A stretch of DNA of 64,000 nucleotides from an uncultured Phycisphaerales bacterium (GCA_963758525.1 CAVWVQ010000003.1:1696001-1760000); one strand, 5' to 3'; shown: positions 29,133-40,333, numbered from the stretch's first letter. A program made the numbers and translations. Notes: generated from the sequence alone by a model not told the origin.

Positions 29133-32100
29133 ATGAACACGACAAATACCGCAGACACCGAATCACACGTGCTCGACGACATTCCGATCTACCTCGCCGA
29201 CGGCCTGGGCGATGCGGAGCGAGAGCGGGTTGAGTCCCACATCGCCAACTGCCCGGATTGCGGCGCGGCCATGGTCGACGCCAGGGCGATGGACGATTCG
29301 CTCCACGCGCTGTTCGACCCGACGGCTCCCGATGGTGATTTCGAGGATCGAATGATCGCGGGTTTTCGTGAGAAGACGACGCACCGAACGCTGCATCCAA
29401 TGGTTCGCCGGGCGGCGATTGGGGTCGCAGCGTCGATACTGCTCGGGAGCGTTGGATACTACGCGCAGCAGAATATCGGGCGATTGGAGCACAGCTCGCC
29501 AACGTTGGCGATGTCGCCACCAGAAGCCGTGAGTGCGAAGCTATTGCCCTCCTCGGATTCGAACGGCGGCTTCACCCTGCGGGGCAGGTCTGTCACGCTC
29601 AAAGAGGCCCAACTCAGCGCGGGAATCTCAGATACCCTTGCTGTTCCACAACGACTGGGTAGGGCGTATTCGAACGCAAGCTCGAACGGAAAAGACGCGA
29701 CTCTCTCGTTATCGGGACAGAATTCGTACCGTGGTGCCACGTCTGTCACCGCCGGAACTGCGTACTTCGATGCCGCCGGGAAAAGAGAAACTCCTTCGCC
29801 AAGCCATCAAGGAGAAAATGTCTTGTATGGAGACGGCCACGTTGAGTTGGACCGCACCGGCGGGCGGCAGTCTGGGGACAAGCCTGCGGCTGACCCCCAC
29901 AACGGCCCGGTGGATGCCTATGACTCGATTCTCCTTCCAACCAGTGACGGCCCATCTGCTTCTTCTGCAACTCCTCCCCCCTCTCCCGTCGCGCCGATAA
30001 CGGCCCCCCGAGCCGCGACGGCAGCCCCTGGAGAAAGCGTCGCGCCGCAACAACTGGGCACTGACAACACGCCGCCTTCGCCTGGCGCCGTCAAGAAGCA
30101 GACACACGAGCAACTAACCCAGGCGACTTCGGGCGATGCTGCGGCTCGGGCCAAAGAACGCGACGAGGCCCCCCAAAGTGCTGCGGATGGTGCGAGATCG
30201 CTTGAGGCTGCGCCCAATTCGCCGGCCGCGCCCGACGAAAACACCGTCGCCTCCCGCAAGATCGTGCGCGAGGGCGAAATGACCTTCGAGATCGACAGCT
30301 TCGACTCAACAGTCATGACGATTGGCAAGATCGTCGCCGAGGAAGGCGGATTCGTTTCCACGACGGATTCGGACAAACTGGCCAATGGGAAGGTGAAGGG
30401 GACGGTGATCCTGCGGATCCCGCCGGAGCATCTGGATACGCTCGTGCTCAAGCTGCGCGGCATCGGCGACCTGATGAGCCAGAAGATCAACGCGCAGGAC
30501 ATCACCAAGCAATACACCGATCTGGAGAGCGAACTCCGCGCGGCACGGGCGATGGAAGAGCGGCTCCTGGACATCATCAAGAACGGCAAGGGACCCGTGA
30601 AAGATCTGCTCGAAGCGGAGAAGCAGCTCGGCGTCTGGCGCGAGAAGATCGAACACGTCGAAGGGGAATTGCGCTACGACAACAATTTGATCTCGCTCTC
30701 CACGCTCACGATCACGCTGATGGAGCGCGACATCAAGTCGGCCGCGTTCAGCTCGATCACCGAGCAGGTGACGATGGCGCTGGAAACCGAGAAGGTGGAG
30801 GAGGCGTACAACGCAGCCCGTGAGGCGATCGATAGCGCCAAGGGACGGATCATCGCGTCTGAGCTGAAGCAGTATGAAGCCGGGCAGTTTGGCGCCACGC
30901 TCAAGGCGCAGCTCCCGCCGGATGCCGCCGAGGCGGTGATCGGGCGGATCCGGCAGCTCGAAGGGCGCGTCGCCAACTTCCAACGCCAGCGCAGCCAGAG
31001 CGATCAGGGCGGGTCGGCCGCTCCGCTGGATGCGTCGAAGGTGAAGCGCGAGAGCGTCACGCTGTCGCTGACGATCTACAACCTCGCGAACATCGCGCCG
31101 CGCCGGACGACCACGCTGACGCTCGCGGCGAATAATGTCGAAGAGACCTACACGGCGATTCTCGACCAGGTCTCCAAGGCGGGCGCTCGCGTCGTCGCTT
31201 CGAATCTCAACCGCTCGCGTCCCGAGCAATCGAGCGGCTCGATCACGCTCGACGCCCCGACGGACAAAGCCGACGCCCTCCTGACGGCGCTGCGCGGCAG
31301 CGGGGAGTTGCTCAGCCAGGAAAGCAACGAAAACCCCGACACGCAGAACGTGACCAACGCCAAGCGCGGCCTGGTGGTGCAGGTGGTCTCCCTGGCGGGC
31401 GTGCAGGCCCGGCAGAGCGAGTCGTTGCAGCTTGCCTCGCTCGACGTGCCGGCCGCATTCAGCACGATCCTCGACGCGCTCCGCGCCGCCGATGCCCGCA
31501 TCATCGCTTCGCAGCTCAACCAGCAGGACCCGGCCAACAAGAGCGCGACGATCGTTTTCGACATCTCCCGCACCGCCCGTCTTCCCATCGACGCGGCCTT
31601 CGACAAGGTGGGCGAAATCGTCTCCCGCAACATCACCCGCTCCCAGGACACGGCCAACACGCTTGAAAGCAAATTGCACTTCGAGCTGGCGCTGCAGAGT
31701 GCCGAGGTGCTCCCCGCGCGTGAGACGACGACGCTCGGCGTGGAAGTGCCGGACGTGCAGAAGTCGGTTGATGATCTGCTTGCCCTCGTCGGCGAAGACG
31801 GCGGGCGCGAGATCGACAAGGACATTTCCCAGGACCCCAACGGCCGGTCGCTGGCACACGTGATCGTTGAAGTGCCGCTCGACAAGGCGGGAGCATTGAG
31901 CGAGCGGATCGAAAGCTGGGGCCATCGCCGGGTGAAGCAAGTGGCGAAAAACCCGCAAGCCGACCAGGGCAAGCTCGCGCACGGCCGGCTCGAAGTAACG
32001 CTTGCCGACACGTCAGCCAGCCTCGGCGGCGAAGAGACGACATGGGACGCCATCCGTCACGGCCTGGCCGTCAGCGGCGAAGGCCTGCGATGGAGCGCGC

Positions 32101-32219
32101 AGATGGTCGTCGTCGGCTTCTGCTTCGTCGCGCCCTGGGCCCTTGCGATCTGGATCGCCTGGCGCCTGTATCAGCGAAACAGGAAACGCAATCGTGGCTC
32201 GGGCGTCCCGCCCGTGTGA
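29133..32219 (+). CDS. Large anti-sigma factor: zf-HC2, TM, linker, DUF4349 and repeated ferredoxin-like units, C-terminal TM
   Basis: HIANCPDC; RKIVR...DITKQYTDLE..L...E.RL (DUF4349); C-terminal hydrophobic helix. Confidence 0.8.
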   Translation: MNTTNTADTESHVLDDIPIYLADGLGDAERERVESHIANCPDCGAAMVDARAMDDSLHALFDPTAPDGDFEDRMIAGFREKTTHRTLHPMVRRAAIGVAASILLGSVGYYAQQNIGRLEHSSPTLAMSPPEAVSAKLLPSSDSNGGFTLRGRSVTLKEAQLSAGISDTLAVPQRLGRAYSNASSNGKDATLSLSGQNSYRGATSVTAGTAYFDAAGKRETPSPSHQGENVLYGDGHVELDRTGGRQSGDKPAADPHNGPVDAYDSILLPTSDGPSASSATPPPSPVAPITAPRAATAAPGESVAPQQLGTDNTPPSPGAVKKQTHEQLTQATSGDAAARAKERDEAPQSAADGARSLEAAPNSPAAPDENTVASRKIVREGEMTFEIDSFDSTVMTIGKIVAEEGGFVSTTDSDKLANGKVKGTVILRIPPEHLDTLVLKLRGIGDLMSQKINAQDITKQYTDLESELRAARAMEERLLDIIKNGKGPVKDLLEAEKQLGVWREKIEHVEGELRYDNNLISLSTLTITLMERDIKSAAFSSITEQVTMALETEKVEEAYNAAREAIDSAKGRIIASELKQYEAGQFGATLKAQLPPDAAEAVIGRIRQLEGRVANFQRQRSQSDQGGSAAPLDASKVKRESVTLSLTIYNLANIAPRRTTTLTLAANNVEETYTAILDQVSKAGARVVASNLNRSRPEQSSGSITLDAPTDKADALLTALRGSGELLSQESNENPDTQNVTNAKRGLVVQVVSLAGVQARQSESLQLASLDVPAAFSTILDALRAADARIIASQLNQQDPANKSATIVFDISRTARLPIDAAFDKVGEIVSRNITRSQDTANTLESKLHFELALQSAEVLPARETTTLGVEVPDVQKSVDDLLALVGEDGGREIDKDISQDPNGRSLAHVIVEVPLDKAGALSERIESWGHRRVKQVAKNPQADQGKLAHGRLEVTLADTSASLGGEETTWDAIRHGLAVSGEGLRWSAQMVVVGFCFVAPWALAIWIAWRLYQRNRKRNRGSGVPPV

Positions 32220-32271
32220 GCGACTTGGTGGAAGAACACACTCCCCGGAAATTCGGCACGCCTCGCGGAAA

Positions 32272-32520
32272 CTACCGGCAACCGTCCGTCGGACACCATC
32301 CGGTTGCGGTCAATTGCAATCTTCCGTCCATCGTTTCGTATCGGCGCTCGCCGATGACTCGGACCCGGCGGCCGTCCCAGAGGTTGTACTCGTCCACCTG
32401 CTCCCGGTCCCTCGCTTCAGTCGCAAAAATCGGCAGCACGTCAATGGGAACAAACGAATAGGAGAGGGGATGGTCCTTCCCATTCTGATCGATCACGTTG
32501 AAAATCTGTTCTGGTCTCAT
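32272..32520 (-). CDS. Small hypothetical protein
   Basis: 82-aa ORF from ATG 32520; no recognisable motif. Confidence 0.35.
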   Translation of the reverse strand: MRPEQIFNVIDQNGKDHPLSYSFVPIDVLPIFATEARDREQVDEYNLWDGRRVRVIGERRYETMDGRLQLTATGWCPTDGCR

Positions 32521-32571
32521 GGCGAACATCTTAGCATTGGATGCCAGCGGGAATGCAAAAGTTTCATTCGT

Positions 32572-33135
32572 ATGATGATCCAATCCATGCGGCAATCTAT
32601 CCCCAAAACAAAGAACTCCATCCGCTCGCGTTATGAGTCGGTGGGCGTCAATGCGTTTTATCAAAATGAGGGGGACGATTATCGCAATCCCCACGAGGAA
32701 GCGATCGGCCAACTGCTCGCGCAGGTCGTGCCGGAGTGGCGGCTCGATCTGACCAGCGTTCTCGACCTTGCCGCCGGCAGCGGGGAAGTGACCCTGGCGT
32801 TGCGGGAGCTTGGAGCGGGACGCGTCGCGGGGATCGATCCTTTTACGTTTCGTGCATACGCCAGGCGGACCGGCGACGTCGCGGAGCGACTGACCTTCGC
32901 CCAGATCGCTGCCGGCGGGTTGCGCGGACGCGAATACAGCTTGATCGTCTGCAGTTTTGCGCTGCACTTATGCGAAGCATCGCGGTTGCCGGTGGTCGCG
33001 CAGGAACTGAGCCTGATCGCCCCGTCGCTGTTGGTGATCATGCCGCATAAACGCCCAGTGCTTCGGCCGGGGTGGGGTTGGTCGCTGAGGAACGAGACCG
33101 TAAGGCGGCGCGTGCGAGCGCGGCTCTACGATTGA
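32572..33135 (+). CDS. Class I SAM-dependent methyltransferase
   Basis: YRNPHE, VLDLAAGSGE, IVCSFALHL. Confidence 0.75.
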   Translation: MMIQSMRQSIPKTKNSIRSRYESVGVNAFYQNEGDDYRNPHEEAIGQLLAQVVPEWRLDLTSVLDLAAGSGEVTLALRELGAGRVAGIDPFTFRAYARRTGDVAERLTFAQIAAGGLRGREYSLIVCSFALHLCEASRLPVVAQELSLIAPSLLVIMPHKRPVLRPGWGWSLRNETVRRRVRARLYD

Positions 33136-33137
33136 AT

Positions 33138-34298
33138 TCAGCTTTCCGGCCGGTCGAGCGGCGCGGGAGCTTCGGGCGGGGCGGCGCCCGTCAACGCGGC
33201 CATGATCCGCTCGACATGCACGTGACAATTCTCGATGAACAGCGCGTACTTATCCTGCGTCCCGCCAGTCGCCGTGCCGGCGACATAAAGCCCCGGCACG
33301 TTCGTCTCCATGGTGCGAAGATCGTAGCGCGGCGCCCGGCATTCACCGAGCAATTCGACCCCCGCAAGCTTCAGCAGCGACACGTCTGCCTCATACCCCA
33401 CCAGCAGCAGCACAAAATCCGCCTGCACCGCCGCCCGAGCGGTAGAGTAATTCACAGTCGACGAAGAACTCGCGCCTTCCCCTCCCTCCCCTCCCTCTCC
33501 TTCCTCACCCTTCGTGCCTTGGTGCCTCCGTGCCTCCGTGCCTTCCCCCCCAGTGCCTTCCCCCCCAGTGCCTTCCCTCTCAAGCACCACTTCATTTTCC
33601 GTAATCTTCACCGGCAACGTTCCGAAATGGGCCTCGATGCGTCCGCTGGCGATGAGGGAGGCGATTTCCGGAGTCAGCCAATACTTGATGCTGCGCCAAT
33701 CCAGTTCGGCGCGTCGATAGCTGAGCACCACCTTCGCCCCGGCGTGATGGCAGCGCAAGGCGGCTTCGATTGCCGAATTCTTGCCACCGACGATCATCAG
33801 CCGCCGGCCGAAATATTCGTGGGGATCGCGAAAATAGTGGCTGACGTGCGGCAGATCTTCCCCCTCGATTTGCAGCCGCCGCGGGCGATCCGTCCCGCCG
33901 GTGACCAGAATCAGCCGGTTGGCACGGCAGCGCCGTTCTCCACTCTTCGGACGCGTCGTGATGGAAAAGCCGCCGCCGTCGTGGCGATCGATCCCAACGA
34001 CAGGCTCGTACGTCCGCACCCGCAGATCGAATTGCCTCACGACCGAGCGAAGATACGCAAGGTACTGCTCGCGCGTCGCCTTCGACTGGTCCGGCGTCTC
34101 CAATGGCACTCCAGCAATCGCGATCCGTTCGTTGGAGCTGAAGAATCGCGTCTGCGGCGCGAACCACGAAATGGTGTACCCGATCTGGCGTGCGTCAAAG
34201 TGCACATAGTCGATCCCGGCCCGTTTGAGCGCAACGGCCATCTCCAGCCCAATCGGGCCGGCTCCGACGATCGCGACGTCCGCGCGGCTCACATCCAT
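33138..34298 (-). CDS. YpdA/Bdr-like FAD/NAD(P)H disulfide oxidoreductase with low-complexity in-frame insertion
   Basis: GAGPIG, FFSS, REQYLAY, GEDLPHVSHYF..PH, GGKNSA, IKYW, METNVPGLYVAG, FIEN..H. Confidence 0.85.
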   Translation of the reverse strand: MDVSRADVAIVGAGPIGLEMAVALKRAGIDYVHFDARQIGYTISWFAPQTRFFSSNERIAIAGVPLETPDQSKATREQYLAYLRSVVRQFDLRVRTYEPVVGIDRHDGGGFSITTRPKSGERRCRANRLILVTGGTDRPRRLQIEGEDLPHVSHYFRDPHEYFGRRLMIVGGKNSAIEAALRCHHAGAKVVLSYRRAELDWRSIKYWLTPEIASLIASGRIEAHFGTLPVKITENEVVLEREGTGGEGTGGEGTEARRHQGTKGEEGEGGEGGEGASSSSTVNYSTARAAVQADFVLLLVGYEADVSLLKLAGVELLGECRAPRYDLRTMETNVPGLYVAGTATGGTQDKYALFIENCHVHVERIMAALTGAAPPEAPAPLDRPES

Positions 34299-34768
34299 CG
34301 GCAGGATGATAGGCGTGAGACCCCGGATTAAGCGCGCTTTAAACTAGATAGTCTCGGCGGGTGAGGTAAGAGCTTTCTCTCGCCCCTTAAAGCTTTTGCA
34401 CTTCCCCATTTGGCATGGCCAGATTACCCCATTCGCCAATGGTCATTCGAGAACGCCAACGCAAAACGGTGCGAAATAGTTGCGGCCAAGCCCGCTTGAA
34501 TGTCAATCTATTGCAGCCATGCATTAGCCTCTGGCAACGCCGAGGCGACAGTCATAAAGAGTTCACCTTCAACAAGTAAATGTCGAAACCCCCTCGCGGT
34601 GTGGCGGAAGTTGATGGAGCAGAATCTCGCCAAAAGATGGTGATCGACGCTGCTTCCCGGAGGCCGTTTGTCGCGTCGCGCTGCTTGCTTATGTCGGCGT
34701 TTTCCTGAGCGGAATGCGCTTGCGACGATTGCCTCAAAGCGCCTAAGCTGCACTCAGGAGAAAATGCA

Positions 34769-36022
34769 TTGGAACCCGCTGCTGCTACCGCCTATCGCAA
34801 TGCGCAACGCCTGCGCCCATCCGCTCGCAAACCGTCATTGCGCGTGGTGCTTGTCACCGAAGCTACGTCCAAGGGAACCGGGCGTCATGTCCTGGATCTG
34901 GCCGAGGGACTGATCGCCCGGGGATGTGACGTCCACCTGCTTTATTCACCGGTGCGGGCGGACACGTGGTTTCGCCACCGCATGTGGCGGATGCCCGGGT
35001 TGAATCACGTATCTTTGGCGATGCAGCGCAGCATACACGTGAAGGACATTTCCGCGGCCGTGGCGCTTCGCCGCTATCTTCGCCAAAACGGTCCGTTCGA
35101 CATCATTCATGGGCACAGTTCCAAGGGAGGCGCGGTGGCCCGGCTGGCGTCGATCGGGCTGGGAGTGCCGACCCTCTATACGCCCCACGCGCTGATCTTG
35201 ATGGCGCCCGACATTTCTGCGATCAAGCGCGGCGTTTATCATCTTGCCGAGCTTGTGCTGGCGCAGTTTTCGACGGGCATCATCACGGTGTCTCCCGAAG
35301 AAGCGCGAGTCGCCGCGTCGGCGCGGCTTGGGAAGTCGCGGCTCACAATGATCCCCAACGGCGTGGGCCCGATGGAGCTTCCGCCGCGCGATGAGGCTCG
35401 CCGCAACTGCGGGATGGGCGCGAAGGAAATCATCATCGGATGGGTGGGCCGTCTCGTCCAAAACAAGGCGCCCGACGTCATGCTCGAAGCGCTCGCCATC
35501 GCCGTGCGGACCGCGCCGCGCCTTCGCGTCGTGCTCATCGGCGACGGCCCGTTGAAGAAATCGCTGGAGGACCTGGCGGTTCGACTTGGCGTCGCGGAGA
35601 ACGTGGCGTTCATGGGCGAGGTGGACGCGCGAAGGTTCCTCCCGGCGTTTGATCTGTTCGCAATCTCCAGCCGGATGGAAGGGATGCCATACGTGGCACT
35701 CGAGGCGATGGCCGCCGGCCTTCCGATCGTTTCCACCAGCACCGGCGGCGTCGAACTCCTGGTCAAGGAAGGTGACAACGGGATGATCGTCCCCACCGAC
35801 GACCGCGAGGCGCTTGCCGGCGCCCTGGTGGCGTTGGCGTCCGATCCGGAAATGATCCAGCGGATGGGCAGCGCCTCCAAAGAGCGCATTGGCCTGTTCT
35901 CGATGGACCGGATGATCGACCGAACCTTGTCCTTGTACCAACGGTGCGCAATCGCTCGCGAGAATCGCAATGCACAATTCGCCGAAGACCCCGAGGGGCA
36001 GCTTGCCGGGGATCTGGAGTAA
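34769..36022 (+). CDS. Glycosyltransferase family 4
   Basis: HGHSSKGG, GRL..NK, EGMPYVALEAMAAGLP. Confidence 0.9.
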   Translation: MEPAAATAYRNAQRLRPSARKPSLRVVLVTEATSKGTGRHVLDLAEGLIARGCDVHLLYSPVRADTWFRHRMWRMPGLNHVSLAMQRSIHVKDISAAVALRRYLRQNGPFDIIHGHSSKGGAVARLASIGLGVPTLYTPHALILMAPDISAIKRGVYHLAELVLAQFSTGIITVSPEEARVAASARLGKSRLTMIPNGVGPMELPPRDEARRNCGMGAKEIIIGWVGRLVQNKAPDVMLEALAIAVRTAPRLRVVLIGDGPLKKSLEDLAVRLGVAENVAFMGEVDARRFLPAFDLFAISSRMEGMPYVALEAMAAGLPIVSTSTGGVELLVKEGDNGMIVPTDDREALAGALVALASDPEMIQRMGSASKERIGLFSMDRMIDRTLSLYQRCAIARENRNAQFAEDPEGQLAGDLE

Positions 36023-37051
36023 TTGACCATGCTCGGCTCGGTGCGGCGATTGATCCGAACGACTGACGCGGCAACGGCCAATGCGTATCTGTCGCTCTTT
36101 CGCGAGCGAAGCGCCGTCCTTTGTTTTCTGTTCCATTCGCTGTTCGTCGACGAAAATGAGTTGCGGCAGAATCTGGTTCATCCGCTGCAGCGAACGACTG
36201 TCGCGCAGTTTCGCCGGTTCATCGAATATTACCGGGCCCAGGGGTATCGCTTCATCACGCCGGAACACTTGCTGGCCGGCGTGGATGCCGGCGGCAAATA
36301 TGCGTTGATCAGTTTCGACGACGGCTATTTTAACAACACCCGCGCGCTGCCGATTCTCGAGGAGATTGCGGTCCCGGCGACGTTCTTCATCACCACCGAA
36401 AACGTTTTGCGCGGCAAATGCTTCTGGTGGGACGTGCACTGGCGGGAAAGCGCGGCGCTGGGCATGAGCGAAGACGCGATCGTGCGCGACGGGAGAGCGC
36501 TCAAGTCCATGACCACCGGGCAAATCGAAGAGGAACTGCTGCGCCGTCACGGAGCGGATGCATTTGTCCCCCGCGGCGATCTCGATCGATCCTTCACGCC
36601 GGAGGAACTGCGGGAGTTTGCAAGGAATCGACACGTTCGTCTGGGCAATCACACGTCAAATCACGCGATCCTCACCAACTATTCACCCCGTGAAGGACGC
36701 GAGCAGATCCTTGCCGCGCAGGAAGCGATTGAATCGATGACCGGCATTCGCCCGGTGGCAATCGCCTACCCCAACGGCGCCCACTCCACGCAGATCGAGC
36801 GATGGTGCGTCGATGCCGGGCTTCGATGCGGTTTCACGGTGGAGCCGAAGAAAACCGCGCTTCCGCTGAACATGTCATCGCAGGCCGCGATGCAGATCGG
36901 GCGTTTCATGCCCGAAGGCGACGAACCGATCGAAAAGCAATGCCGGACGTACCGCTCCGACCTGCAGTTGTATGGCACGTTTCACGCTGGTTATCAGCGC
37001 ATGGCCCGCCATCGGACCAGATATGCGTTGCAGGCGGAAGGTTCAGCCTGA
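36023..37051 (+). CDS. Polysaccharide deacetylase (CE4/NodB)
   Basis: ISFDDGY, GNHTSNH, AYPNG. Confidence 0.9.
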   Translation: MTMLGSVRRLIRTTDAATANAYLSLFRERSAVLCFLFHSLFVDENELRQNLVHPLQRTTVAQFRRFIEYYRAQGYRFITPEHLLAGVDAGGKYALISFDDGYFNNTRALPILEEIAVPATFFITTENVLRGKCFWWDVHWRESAALGMSEDAIVRDGRALKSMTTGQIEEELLRRHGADAFVPRGDLDRSFTPEELREFARNRHVRLGNHTSNHAILTNYSPREGREQILAAQEAIESMTGIRPVAIAYPNGAHSTQIERWCVDAGLRCGFTVEPKKTALPLNMSSQAAMQIGRFMPEGDEPIEKQCRTYRSDLQLYGTFHAGYQRMARHRTRYALQAEGSA

Positions 37052-37175
37052 CCTTGCATTAATAAATCAGAGAGCCGCCGGGTTTTTCTTGAATGCCGCG
37101 CGAGCGGCTCATACATTCGCCGACGGGGTTGGCCCGTCGCGATTCATCGAAAGACGATTGCATCTGAGAGCCTCC

Positions 37176-38432
37176 ATGACGATCCAGGTCCCAGCGCCAG
37201 CGGCATCCAAAGTGCGCGGCTCAGTCGAGCCGCGACGCATCCTGCTACTCTCCACCGCGATGGCGATGGGAGGCGGCGCCGAGGAGCAGGTGCTGCAACT
37301 GGCGTGCGAATTCCAGGCGCGCGGCTGGAAGACGCTGGTCGTTTCGCTGTTGCCGCCGGGCACGATGCCCCCGGGCTTCTCCGAACGCAATATCCCAGTA
37401 GCGCATCTTGGCATGCGTCGCGGAGTGGCTGATCCGCGCGGCCTTTTCCGGCTTGCCCGGCTGATCCGAAGCTTCCGCCCCGATGTTGTGCACAGCCATA
37501 TGGTGCATGCCAACATCATCGCCAGGGCCGCACGGCTCATCGCTCCTTTTCCGGTGCTGGTCTGCACGCTGCACAATCTCACCATGGCCGGCGAGGAGCA
37601 TGATTACACCGCGTTCTTCGAGGTCGTGCATCGGTTCACCGATGGACTTGCCGACCGCACCACCGCCATCTGCCATGCCGCGGCGGATTATTGCATCCGC
37701 AGGCGCGCAGTCCCGGCATCGAAGATGATGGTGGTGCCCAACGGAATCGACTGCCGGCGGTTCTTTGCCAATCCCGAAGCGCGGCGGCGCGTGCGAACCG
37801 AGATGGGAATCGATAACGACTTCGTCTGGCTCGCCGCGGGACGGCTCGAGCTGCAAAAGGCGTATCCCACGATGCTCCGCGCCTTCGCGAAGCTCGCCGG
37901 CGGGCCCAGCACATTGCTGATCTGCGGCGTCGGCACCCTCAGGGACTCGCTGATCGCGATGGCCGCCGAACTGGGGATTGGCAGCCGTGTCCGCTTTCTG
38001 GGACTTCGCAAGGATATTCCCGATCTGATGAGCGCGGCGGATGCCTTTGTCCTCTCTTCCGACATGGAAGGCCTGCCATTGGTGCTCCTGCAGGCGTGCG
38101 CCGCCGCTCTTCCGATTGTTGCCACCAACGTTTCCGGAAATACCGAGGTAGTCATTGAGGGCGTAAACGGGTATATGACTCCGCCGGGCGAACCGGACGC
38201 ATTCGCTGCCGCGATGGCCCGGATGGCCGCGCTTTCGCCGTCCGACCGCGCCGCCCTCGGCCGGGCCGGGCTGAAACGCGTGCGGGAAATGTTCGAAGTC
38301 GAGCCGGTCGTCGACCGCTGGGTGCAACTCTTCGACGAACTGCTCGATGCCGCCGCAGGCCGGGTGAGAAGACTTGCGCCCGCGGCCGCACATGTCGATG
38401 GCAAACAGAAGCTGATGCCAAGCGCCTCGTGA
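37176..38432 (+). CDS. Glycosyltransferase family 4
   Basis: GGAE, VHSHM, GRL..QK, EGLPLVLLQA. Confidence 0.9.
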   Translation: MTIQVPAPAASKVRGSVEPRRILLLSTAMAMGGGAEEQVLQLACEFQARGWKTLVVSLLPPGTMPPGFSERNIPVAHLGMRRGVADPRGLFRLARLIRSFRPDVVHSHMVHANIIARAARLIAPFPVLVCTLHNLTMAGEEHDYTAFFEVVHRFTDGLADRTTAICHAAADYCIRRRAVPASKMMVVPNGIDCRRFFANPEARRRVRTEMGIDNDFVWLAAGRLELQKAYPTMLRAFAKLAGGPSTLLICGVGTLRDSLIAMAAELGIGSRVRFLGLRKDIPDLMSAADAFVLSSDMEGLPLVLLQACAAALPIVATNVSGNTEVVIEGVNGYMTPPGEPDAFAAAMARMAALSPSDRAALGRAGLKRVREMFEVEPVVDRWVQLFDELLDAAAGRVRRLAPAAAHVDGKQKLMPSAS

Positions 38433-38460
38433 ACGAGGCCACGTCCAAGGAGAAAGAAAG

Positions 38461-40289
38461 ATGCAGTCGAGCGTTCTTAATGAGGTTGGAGTCTGCGAGG
38501 CCCGCCGTCCCGATGCCGCGGGCGCTGGCGCTTCAGTCGCTGCGCGGATCGCGGCGCACTCTGCATTGACACCGGATCGCGTTGCCGTCACCGACGGAAT
38601 CACTCGGCTTACGTTTGCCGAATTGGATCAAGAGTCCGCACGGCTGGCAGCTTATCTCCGGACCGCGGGTGTCGAGCCAGGTGCATGCGTGGGATTGTTT
38701 TTGGAGCGCTCGCCGCAATTCGTGGTGGCCGCGCTGGCGGCGTTCAAGGCCGGCGCCGCGTACCTGCCGCTGGATTCCTCGACGCCAGCGGATCGCGCCG
38801 CGTTTATCCTTGGCGATTCGGGCGCGCCGGTCCTGCTCACGCACCGCCGCAAGGCGATGGGATGGACCAACTGCCCCTGCCGAATCATCGACCTCGACGA
38901 GATCAATCTCGAAACTTCCGTCGGCGGTTTTCACGACGAAGCGACGCCGTCGGAGAGCCTGGCGTACGTCATCTATACCTCTGGCTCCACTGGAACGCCG
39001 AAAGGCGTCGAGCTCACGCATGCAAATTTGCTCAACCTGATCGACTGGCATCAGGCCGCGTTTCACGTCACGCCCGCCGATCGCGCCAGCCAGGTTGCCG
39101 GACTCGGCTTTGACGCGGCCGTCTGGGAAATCTGGCCGGCACTGACTGGCGGCGCGAGCCTCCATTTCGCCGATGAAATCACGCGGCGCTCGCCGCAGGG
39201 GCTGCGCGACTGGATCGTCGCCGAGCAGATCACCATCAGCTTTGTGCCCACGGTTCTCGCTGAGCAGCTTCTCCATTCCGAGTGGCCCGCCAACACCGCG
39301 CTGCGGACGTTGCTGACCGGCGCCGATACGCTGCACCGCCGCCCGCGCGGGCTTGCCTTTCACTCTCGTTAACAACTACGGACCCACCGAATGCACCGTC
39401 GTTGCAACCTCGGGAACGGTCGATGCAAACGAGGCGGTTGACGGGCCGCCGTCCATCGGCCGGCCGATCCGCAACACCACGGTGCTGATCCTGGACGAGT
39501 CGATGCGTCCGGTGGCAGATGGTCAACCCGGCGAGCTTTGCCTCGCCGGCGCGCTCGTCGGCCGCGGTTATCGCAATAATCCGCAACTCACTTCCAGCCG
39601 ATTCGTCAATTACTCGCCTGCTGCAGGCCCGTCCCTGCGTCTCTACCGCACCGGCGACCGCGCGCGATGGACCGCCACTGGCGAAATCGCATTCCTCGGC
39701 CGGCTCGACGATCAGGTGAAGATTCGCGGCTATCGCATCGAGCTCGGCGAGATTGTCGCGTGCCTCGATCGTTTCCTCGGCGTCGAGGCCAGCGCGGTGA
39801 CGGTTCAAGACGACGCGGAACTGGGCCCGAAGCTGGTGGCATATGTTGTTATGGCGCCAGGCGCCCGCGTGTCAGCCGTCGATCTGCGCATTTCTCGCCG
39901 CCCGGCTGCCCGACTACATGATCCCGGCAACGTTCATGACGATCGACGCATTGCCCATGACCCCCAACGGCAAGCTCGACAAATCGGCGCTGCCGCCGCC
40001 CAAAATGGAAGACCTTCTTCCGAGAGCGAACACCGCTTCGCCTGTGCCCGCGCCCGCTTCGGAATTGGAACAACGAATCGCGACCATGGTGGCGGCTCTC
40101 CTGGGCCAAACGTCCGTTTCGCGTGAAGAAAACTTCTTCATGGCCGGCGGCCACTCGATGCTGGGCGTGCAGCTCGTGGCGCGAATTCGCGACACCTTCG
40201 GCGTCAAGTTGAACCTGCGGCAACTCTTCGGCGCGCCGACAATTGCCGCGCTCTCGGCGGAAGTGGAGAAAATTTCCGGAGCTAAATGA
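38461..40289 (+). CDS. Stand-alone NRPS adenylation-PCP didomain (two frameshifts, ~39345 and ~39890)
   Basis: YTSGSTGTPKG, FDAAVWE, NNYGPTE, LYRTGD, GRLDDQVKIRG, NGKLDK; PCP FFMAGGHS. Confidence 0.9.
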
Positions 40290-40333
40290 GCGTGTGCGAG
40301 TAAGCCGGCTCCGGGGCGACCGAAAAATACAGA

